From Candidatus Hodarchaeota archaeon (GTDB taxonomy: Archaea; Asgardarchaeota; Heimdallarchaeia; Hodarchaeales; Hodarchaeaceae), in NCBI GenBank assembly GCA_016839785.1, contig JAEOTQ010000073.1:1-53279 (forward strand): a DNA stretch of 53,279 bases. The letters are read 5' to 3'. Below are positions 46,443 through 53,279 of the stretch, piece after piece. The notes under the pieces are model-generated. The model had not been told where the DNA came from, did no database searches, and saw only the letters and a list, made by a program, of their open reading frames with translations. The position numbers and the translations under genes were made by a program. Every line of letters starts with the position of its first letter. Position 1 is the first letter of the stretch.

Positions 46443-47582
46443 ATGAATGATGGATCAAGGAAACCTAAAGAAATTTCAGATAGTATTGGCGGCTCTCCTT
46501 CCCACATTCCTTGGATAAGACCTGATTTAGTAAAACACAAGAAAAAGGAACCGTACTTCCAAACCAGTGATCTTGTGATAATTGCACTGTTTAGTAGTTT
46601 AGGGGGTATTTTCAGTACATTTATTGGATATTTGGCTAATTTATTGAATAGTCTAATTGGAATCCCGTTTGGGGGAGGTCAAATCTTAGCTGGACTTCAT
46701 ATTTTTTGGTTAGTTTTTATTTTTCTCTTAACAGACAGGAAAGTGGGTGTAACATTCTCAGCTGGAGTTTTGAAGGGATTTGTGGAATTCTTTACAGGTA
46801 ATGCACATGGATTACTGGTCATACTTCTCTCTTCTAGCCAAGGACTAATTATAGAACTGGTACTAATTTTATTTCTTTCCACAAAACGAAATAGTATCGT
46901 AGCTATTGCAGCTGGATTCGCTGGATTGTCAAATGTACTATTACAACAAATTCTTTTCTTTAATTCTCAGATACCATTCACTTTCCTTGCTATGATAGGT
47001 ATTATCAGTTTTATCTCGGGAATGACCTTAGGAGGAATTTTTCCAATTTCTATATTCTTCGGATTTAAACAAGCTTCACTATTGCAATGGAGAAAACCTA
47101 AATCCATATCTCCTAGATATGCTAGGAACATAAAAACTATTCGTATCAGTATTATTGTGATTATACTGCTTGCTGAATTCTCACTTATTGCATTTTTAGT
47201 GCTTCAGCATAAGAATTCAATCCAAATCACAGGTGAAGTCTACAATCCTTACACATTTTATGTAAGCGATTTTCCTCATATAACTATAGAAGCAGAATTA
47301 ACAAGTGAATATTTTCCTCAACCCCCAAGGAATTACACAGGGGTCCCTCTCCATGTTATACTTGAACACGCCCAACCGAAATTCCAATTTTATGGAATTC
47401 TCCTGAAAGCTCGTGCACCTGATCTCTATTCTGTAATGTTTAATTCAACTGTTGTAGACAATAATGACAAGTTCATTATTGCTTTGGTTGACGGTGTATT
47501 GAGACTAATTGCTTCTGAGTATCACGGCACATATTGGATATACGATATAGGTACTATTGAAGTAACCACGATTGCATTCTGA
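46443..47582 (+). CDS. ECF transporter S component (YkoE-like) fused to a molybdopterin-oxidoreductase-like domain
   Basis: DLVIIAL, GLH, RKVG, GFVEFFTG, QGLIIEL; C-terminal IQITGEV.NP, YTGVPL..IL, RLI, YWI; SD GGAGG. Confidence 0.85.
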   Translation: MNDGSRKPKEISDSIGGSPSHIPWIRPDLVKHKKKEPYFQTSDLVIIALFSSLGGIFSTFIGYLANLLNSLIGIPFGGGQILAGLHIFWLVFIFLLTDRKVGVTFSAGVLKGFVEFFTGNAHGLLVILLSSSQGLIIELVLILFLSTKRNSIVAIAAGFAGLSNVLLQQILFFNSQIPFTFLAMIGIISFISGMTLGGIFPISIFFGFKQASLLQWRKPKSISPRYARNIKTIRISIIVIILLAEFSLIAFLVLQHKNSIQITGEVYNPYTFYVSDFPHITIEAELTSEYFPQPPRNYTGVPLHVILEHAQPKFQFYGILLKARAPDLYSVMFNSTVVDNNDKFIIALVDGVLRLIASEYHGTYWIYDIGTIEVTTIAF

Positions 47583-47659
47583 TTACGACTTCTTTTTCAT
47601 CGCCTCTAAGAAAGAAAAGAAATTTGATTAAACGCTGGTATGAAAAATTTTGATTAACA

Positions 47660-49150
47660 GTGGATTCTAATCAGATTATTATACAAATGAAAGATATAAA
47701 CTTTCAATATTCTGATTCCCAACCAAAAATAATATCAAATGTAAATCTAAAGATTAACAAAGGAGAATTCATCGTAATCACTGGAAGAAGTGGGAGTGGA
47801 AAATCCACACTAGCACTAATACTGAGTGGATTCATCCCTCATTTGATAGGGGGAACCTATACGGGAGAGGTCATATATCAAGGCATAGAAACCCGTTCAT
47901 TGACTTTAGGTGAGATTAGTCAACTGGTAGGTTTAGTGCATCAAGACCCAGAAAATCAAATTGTGACCTCAAATGTGTTGGAGGAAGTAGCATTTGGACC
48001 AGAAAACTTGAATCTCCCAAAAGAAGAGATATTAGAGAGAATAAGCTTATGTTTATCAGCTACAAACTTGGATGAACTGATTTCTAGGGGAACTAATGAA
48101 TTATCAGGAGGGGAAAAGCAACGAGTGGCACTAGCTTCTTTACTAGCAATGGGAGGATCAGTTTTAATTTTAGACGAACCAACATCGTACTTAGATATCG
48201 TAAATAGAGCACAAGTATTGAAAACCCTTCAGAAATTAAATTTAAGTCAAAATATGACAATTATCGTAATTGATCATCAACCAGAGATATATAAGGATTT
48301 ATTGACCAGATTAATAGTTCTTGAAAAAGGTTCAATTATAGGAGATTACTATGCAGAAGAGATCGATTATACTCCGTACCAAGTCTCAGTAAATAGTCTA
48401 AAAAAAATCCGAATCCTTCCACCAAACAATTCAATTGATAATATTCTTCAAACAGATGAATATTCTGTTTTTCTTAAGAATACAAAGATTTTATCTGATA
48501 TTTCGTTGAAAATTAATTCTGGACTGATATATGGCATAATTGGTCGAAATGGTTCTGGAAAAACCACATTTGCTAATTCTTTGTTGAATCTACACACAAA
48601 TAAAGGAAAAATGTCAATTTTCGGTAAAAATACAGCAAAAAAACCTACACATGAGATAGCAAAAGACTGTGGATTGATTTTTCAAAATCCGAATCACCAG
48701 ATATTCGAACAAACAGTCAAAAAAGAAATCCTTTTTGCTCCATCAAATCTAAATTTAGATAGTGAACTTACTGATGAAAAGATCCATCAACTTCTAGTGG
48801 ATTCATCACTAGAACAATACAAAAATTCTCCACCATTCGGATTATCATTTGGTGAGAAAAGAAGATTAACAGTTATATCTATAGATGTATATTCACCATC
48901 GATTTTAATATTGGATGAACCTTTTATCGGTCAAGATCGGTACAATTTCGAATTTATCCTTAAAATACTACAAAAGAGAAAAGAAAATGGGTTAACCTCC
49001 GTAATAATTTCTCACAGAAAAGAATTATTCAATTTAGTCGATAGATTTATAATATTTGACCAAGGACATCTGATTGGGGAAGGGAATCCGAGAGAAGTCT
49101 TACCCATAATTAAGAGTAAACACTTATATCCCATAATGGAGGAGATTTAA
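47660..49150 (+). CDS. ECF transporter duplicated ATPase (EcfA-A' fusion)
   Basis: Two ABC cassettes: GRSGSGKS/QDPENQ/LSGGEKQR/LDEP and GRNGSGKT/QNPNHQ/LSFGEKRR/LDEP. Confidence 0.94.
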   Translation: MDSNQIIIQMKDINFQYSDSQPKIISNVNLKINKGEFIVITGRSGSGKSTLALILSGFIPHLIGGTYTGEVIYQGIETRSLTLGEISQLVGLVHQDPENQIVTSNVLEEVAFGPENLNLPKEEILERISLCLSATNLDELISRGTNELSGGEKQRVALASLLAMGGSVLILDEPTSYLDIVNRAQVLKTLQKLNLSQNMTIIVIDHQPEIYKDLLTRLIVLEKGSIIGDYYAEEIDYTPYQVSVNSLKKIRILPPNNSIDNILQTDEYSVFLKNTKILSDISLKINSGLIYGIIGRNGSGKTTFANSLLNLHTNKGKMSIFGKNTAKKPTHEIAKDCGLIFQNPNHQIFEQTVKKEILFAPSNLNLDSELTDEKIHQLLVDSSLEQYKNSPPFGLSFGEKRRLTVISIDVYSPSILILDEPFIGQDRYNFEFILKILQKRKENGLTSVIISHRKELFNLVDRFIIFDQGHLIGEGNPREVLPIIKSKHLYPIMEEI

Positions 49151-49950
49151 TGTCAGGAGCGGTTAAAATTTCTAGAGAATTGATTGATGTTAAGCTCGAA
49201 GCTTCAAGTAATGCTACAAATCCAGTAATCAAATTTATTGCAATTATAGCCATAGCTGTTTACTACTTCATGATTACTGATCTGTATAGAATGTATTTAC
49301 TAATATTTGCTATTTTAATCTATTATAATTTCAAAGCTTTGCCATATCAGGTAGCAAAACCAAAATATCGGTTTTTAATTATTTTTTCTCTTCTTATTGT
49401 CATAGTTCAACTAGCTGCGAGTAGACAAGGCGATTTAGTATTTTTTTTGATACCAAAAATATTCAATTTGGGACCATTTTTCCCTATTTACCAAAAAGGA
49501 TTATTCTACGCAATATTATTTGTAGGTAGGTTTTGGGGTGTAATAACAATTTCCTGGGTGTTTATCGATTCAACCAACCCTTTTGACTTTGCACAGTCAT
49601 TAACTAATTTAAAAGTTCCTTATCGGCTTGCATACTCCCTAAGTCTTGCTCTACGGTTTACTCCTGTCTTAAATAATGAAATAACAGTAATTAGAAACGC
49701 TCAACAAACTCGTGGATTAAATTCAACTCCAAATTCAATAAAAGGGACTTATAATCTACTAAAATTTACATTATTTCCGATAATTAGTTCTACACTAAAT
49801 CGGATTAAAGATATCACACTAAGTATGGAGGGAAGAGCATTTGGATTATACGTCGATAGAACTCCTCTAAAAGAAATGCCTCTTCAAATTTTGGACATAA
49901 TACAACTCTTTGTTCTAATTTTGTTACTCATGCTTCTCTTGATGTTTTGA
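49150..49950 (+). CDS. ecfT: ECF transporter transmembrane component T
   Basis: LALRFTP, AQQTRG and MEGRAF X-R-X motifs; TAATG coupling to the ATPase. Confidence 0.92.
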   Translation: MSGAVKISRELIDVKLEASSNATNPVIKFIAIIAIAVYYFMITDLYRMYLLIFAILIYYNFKALPYQVAKPKYRFLIIFSLLIVIVQLAASRQGDLVFFLIPKIFNLGPFFPIYQKGLFYAILFVGRFWGVITISWVFIDSTNPFDFAQSLTNLKVPYRLAYSLSLALRFTPVLNNEITVIRNAQQTRGLNSTPNSIKGTYNLLKFTLFPIISSTLNRIKDITLSMEGRAFGLYVDRTPLKEMPLQILDIIQLFVLILLLMLLLMF

Positions 49951-50033
49951 CATAATTCAAGAAAAAAATTACTTAAATTAATGATTTTTCTATTATAAAA
50001 TAATAAACTTCTTCTCTTTCTTACTATGAATAG

Positions 50034-50762
50034 GTGAGAGCAATTCAATCACATGGTAAAGACAACCCTTCATCTGAAAAACCATTAATGCAGTGCAGAA
50101 TAGTTTTGATAGATATTGATCAGCTCCATGGACATGAACAAGTAGTTGAATCGCAGGTAGACTATTTAAAAGCAAATTTACAAGAGTTAGGGTACTTTTT
50201 TCGACCGATATTGGTTGTAAAAAAACATAATGTCGTTTTAGATGGTCATCATCGTGTTCAAGCATTGAAAGAATTGGGTGGAGTAAGAATTCCTTGTATA
50301 GAAATTCCTTATCTGAACAATCCTGATATTACCCTAGCAACATGGTTTCCTATCTATACAGGATCGTCAGATGTATTTCCAAAGAGTTTTAAAAAGCTTA
50401 ATATTCAATGGAAGCAAGTAGAAGGAACAAGTACAACCCTCTTCTCAGATCCTAATTATGGATTTGCCTTATATGCAAAAAATGGGCAGTGGATCTTGAA
50501 AGGAAGCCAAAAGGAGATTTTTAAGATCTTTCTTAAGAATTATAATTCTGAAAGATTTGAATATGTTAAAACAACGAATTACGCAGTAAACTCAGTAAAT
50601 AATGGCTACTCCTCCTTCGCTTTACTCCGTAAAACGTTAACTAAGCAAGATGTTATAAATACTGCAAAGTCTGGAAATGTATATGCCCCTAAAACAACCA
50701 GACATATCCTTACCTATCGCTATCAAGATATAAAAGTTCCACTCGAAAATTTATTTGATTAA
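50034..50762 (+). CDS. serK: ADP-dependent free serine kinase SerK-like (ParB/Srx fold)
   Basis: HEQVV, FFRP, DGHHR, TWFP, TKQDV...G.V..PKTTRH, VPLENLF match Thermococcus SerK motifs along the full length. Confidence 0.82.
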   Translation: MRAIQSHGKDNPSSEKPLMQCRIVLIDIDQLHGHEQVVESQVDYLKANLQELGYFFRPILVVKKHNVVLDGHHRVQALKELGGVRIPCIEIPYLNNPDITLATWFPIYTGSSDVFPKSFKKLNIQWKQVEGTSTTLFSDPNYGFALYAKNGQWILKGSQKEIFKIFLKNYNSERFEYVKTTNYAVNSVNNGYSSFALLRKTLTKQDVINTAKSGNVYAPKTTRHILTYRYQDIKVPLENLFD

Positions 50763-50793
50763 ACCGAATTATGATGACTTTTGATGTGAGATT

Positions 50794-51384
50794 TTGGATA
50801 TTGAACTAATTCAAGTAACTGGTACAGAAGGCATTCTTGAAGGAATGAAAACTTCAAGACGTCGAAATACAATCGATAACGTTTCTGAAAAGGTCTTTAA
50901 TTGGGGACATTGGTCTGTACTTGAACATAGTTCGATTACAGTAAAAATTTCAAATATTAGTAGAGCTTGCACACACCAACTTGTACGACATAGAGTAGGA
51001 AATTCATATACTCAAGAATCGCAAAGATATTTCGATCCTTTAACTGATCCTGATTGGTATGTTATTCCACCAAGAATCAAGCGGAACAAGGAATTATTAG
51101 AGAAATATCGAAGTTCTAGAGAAGAAGAAGCGAACGAATATCGGTATTATCGTGAGAATGGGATCCCAAAAGAGGATGCCAGATTTTGTTTACCCAATGC
51201 ATGTAAAACGATAGTTACGTGGACTTTTAATATGAGTAGCTTGATTTGGTTCTTGGAAATGCGTATGGCAAAGGCCGCACAATGGGAAATTCGAATACTT
51301 GCCGAAAAAATCTACAAACTTGTGATGAATTTGCCAGAATGGGCTGAATTCTTACAACATTGGGAACCTGGACAAAGAAGATAG
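50794..51384 (+). CDS. thyX: Flavin-dependent thymidylate synthase
   Basis: GHWSVLEH, SRACTHQLVRHR..S..QESQRY, EDARFCLP, AQWEIR. Confidence 0.96.
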   Translation: MDIELIQVTGTEGILEGMKTSRRRNTIDNVSEKVFNWGHWSVLEHSSITVKISNISRACTHQLVRHRVGNSYTQESQRYFDPLTDPDWYVIPPRIKRNKELLEKYRSSREEEANEYRYYRENGIPKEDARFCLPNACKTIVTWTFNMSSLIWFLEMRMAKAAQWEIRILAEKIYKLVMNLPEWAEFLQHWEPGQRR

Positions 51385-51456
51385 ACAGGTACTAATCTTT
51401 GAATGAAATCAAGTTGTTAACACATATAGCTAATGTTAAAAACGATTTAACTTATA

Positions 51457-53076
51457 GTGGTCTTAATTCGACATACTTGCTTATTTAAGGAAATGAGGAC
51501 GAAACCATTATTGAATTCTGTTGATAAAGGACATATTGACTCTGCTTCCAACCTTAAATTACAAGATTATGGGGAAATTACTCTCCACAGTAAAAATCAG
51601 TTTGAATTGCGACTTGATTATTCCGTTGATCCACAAGATGAAGAAACAAAATTTGAACTAGAATCATATTTCTTTATTCCACAAAGTTTCAGGATTTCCC
51701 CTCAAAATTATTCAAAAGAGCGCTTCTATGAAGATATGCAGGTTTATATTAGGTTTAATCCTGTTTTAATGACTTTACAGGAACTTATTAATCCTAAGAA
51801 TGAAATTTCTCCTTTAAACCGAGCAATGAATTTACTAAAAGAAATTTTTGCTGGAAATACAGCTATTGAAATAGTAGCTCAAATTATTCATGAATTAAAA
51901 ATGCTTGCAATGATAGTAACAGCAAGTATTGAAAAACACACTGAATTGATTTGTTCTTTGCTTCAGATTGATAATATAACAAGCCAAAACCTAATAGATA
52001 CCAAAAAACAGGCAATATCCTTCTTAGATCAGATTCAAGCTTTCAATTTTGCTTTCCAGAAAAAGAGGAATGAGTTCTTAACTCCATTTACTCCGATCGA
52101 ATTAATAGAAACCTTTGATTTTGTTTTGGAATATATCAGTATTTTCATTCAATATGAGTTAACAAAAACTCTCACCTTTCTTACTCAAGAAAATCCCTTA
52201 ACTGGTAATTTTACCGATTTAATCAAGAAAATTAGAACAATATTGAATAAAGAAAGAAATTTTCGATCTGCTTGTGGATTCACTTCGGTTCTTAACAAAA
52301 ACGAAGAAAATGAAGAATTTACATATCGATATTCAATCCTCAAGAAATTTACATCTAATGTACTCTATCTAACTGCACGGCCTGAACCAACGCCAAGAGT
52401 GCTCAAAGAGATCACTTATGCTGGAGCCGCAGGTATAGCCATGCTAATTGCTATACTTCTCACATACTTTATACAATTATTTTTTGAAGATTATACTTTA
52501 CCTTTTATAACAGCTTTGATTGTATCTTATATGATAAAAGATCGTTTAAAAGATTGGTTAAAGATTGTTTTTGGTCAAGAAGGGAGATTCAGAAAATCCT
52601 ACGATTATAAATCCACAATTAAAGATAATGAAGGAAATATTATTGGATATTCTAAGGAGCGTTTTCAGTTCATCAGGAAAATTCCGCAGGATATCATGCA
52701 ATATAGAAGTAGTTCTCATTTAACGAAGATCGAAGGTGAAGGTAGACCCGAAAATGTCATTAAATACTTTAAATCTATCAAATTATTTCCTAAAACAATA
52801 TCAAATATTCATACTCGGGTATTAAATACGAGTGATATAATTCGTTTTGATGTGAGTAATTTTCTCTCCAAAATTGAAGATCCTTATAGCGTTTACCAGT
52901 GGTACAATATTGAAAACCAACAAGTAGAATTCATTAATGCCGCGAGAGTTTATCATCTAAATCTCATCGTGAAATTCACACGCTCGAGTCTGAAAGGAAA
53001 AATAACCGATATTAATCGTGTAAGATTCATTGTAGATAAAAAGGGAATAAAACGGATTGAAACAGAGTTTGTATAA
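51457..53076 (+). CDS. Conserved hypothetical protein with a TM hairpin in the C-terminal half
   Basis: H.K.QFELRLDY, YFFIPQS, FY.D..YIR, LKKF..VLYL, AAGIAM, SYMIKDRLKD, YHLNLIV. Confidence 0.8.
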   Translation: MVLIRHTCLFKEMRTKPLLNSVDKGHIDSASNLKLQDYGEITLHSKNQFELRLDYSVDPQDEETKFELESYFFIPQSFRISPQNYSKERFYEDMQVYIRFNPVLMTLQELINPKNEISPLNRAMNLLKEIFAGNTAIEIVAQIIHELKMLAMIVTASIEKHTELICSLLQIDNITSQNLIDTKKQAISFLDQIQAFNFAFQKKRNEFLTPFTPIELIETFDFVLEYISIFIQYELTKTLTFLTQENPLTGNFTDLIKKIRTILNKERNFRSACGFTSVLNKNEENEEFTYRYSILKKFTSNVLYLTARPEPTPRVLKEITYAGAAGIAMLIAILLTYFIQLFFEDYTLPFITALIVSYMIKDRLKDWLKIVFGQEGRFRKSYDYKSTIKDNEGNIIGYSKERFQFIRKIPQDIMQYRSSSHLTKIEGEGRPENVIKYFKSIKLFPKTISNIHTRVLNTSDIIRFDVSNFLSKIEDPYSVYQWYNIENQQVEFINAARVYHLNLIVKFTRSSLKGKITDINRVRFIVDKKGIKRIETEFV

Positions 53077-53279
53077 ATGAATCCACTTTAATGCAGAGCG
53101 CTGGAAGCTTTTGTTCCAAAGATTGTTTTGTTTGAACGTCGTCAATGGACTATTTGGCGATGTTCTTGAAAACATTATGTCGTATAACCAGCCAGTACTT
53201 CGTAACTATGGGAGAAGGTAATAAGCATGAAAGCTCGAAGGGGAAAGACTTAAATGTGGAGAAAAGTGATTAGCAGTTA

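Noticed and set aside
50034-50762. ParB chromosome-partition protein
   Set aside because: No ParA neighbour or HTH; HEQ, TWFP and PKTTRH indicate the SerK subfamily.
32-53175. Short ORF-track entries overlapping real genes (e.g. 32-226, 3283-3546, 4151-4465, 11114-11518, 18016-18318, 18753-19088, 19858-20178, 25917-26282, 32364-32696, 38936-39595, 49993-50265, 52957-53175)
   Set aside because: They are antisense or alternate-frame shadows of well-supported CDSs, with no motifs of their own.
1-53279. Genome-wide TAG recoding (pyrrolysine/alternative code), suggested by in-frame TAGs at 31818, 31611 and 39903
   Set aside because: Conserved genes (gatE, Rab-like GTPase, pit, zupT, thyX, receiver) end at TAG at plausible C-termini, no conserved gene has an internal TAG, and no pyl genes are visible.
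1-53279. CRISPR array, rRNA, IS/transposase, integrase or provirus
   Set aside because: No regularly spaced repeats, no long GC-rich non-coding tract, and no transposase, integrase or capsid motifs seen by eye.

Overview
AT-rich, gene-dense archaeal chromosomal segment, most likely from an Asgard archaeon (inferred, Heimdallarchaeia/Hodarchaeales-like). The basis is archaea-specific gatE-gatD together with a Rab-like GTPase lacking a prenylation tail, a longin domain, an HMf-type histone fold and a probable ubiquitin-like domain. About 47 CDSs are supported, mostly metabolic or housekeeping genes (fadD, sufS, rbr, thyX, serK, zupT, pit, azlCD, MoxR/VWA, MBL hydrolases, metallophosphoesterases). 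There are also two orphan adenine methyltransferases, a PAS histidine kinase, a stand-alone receiver protein and one probable pseudogene. I saw no rRNA, tRNA, CRISPR array or transposase. Top leads: (1) a histone-fold + longin + acidic region + basic tail fusion protein (36111-37214); (2) an ECF transporter operon in which the S component and an adjacent membrane-anchored phosphoesterase both carry a Cys-less molybdopterin-oxidoreductase-like domain (44843-49950), possibly a cofactor-scavenging system; (3) several divergent eukaryote-like proteins (pseudo-GTPase, kinase-like, TFB-like, ubiquitin-like); (4) repeated hints of ATT/CTG start codons behind good Shine-Dalgarno sites. All family calls are by-eye motif recognition; no searches were run.
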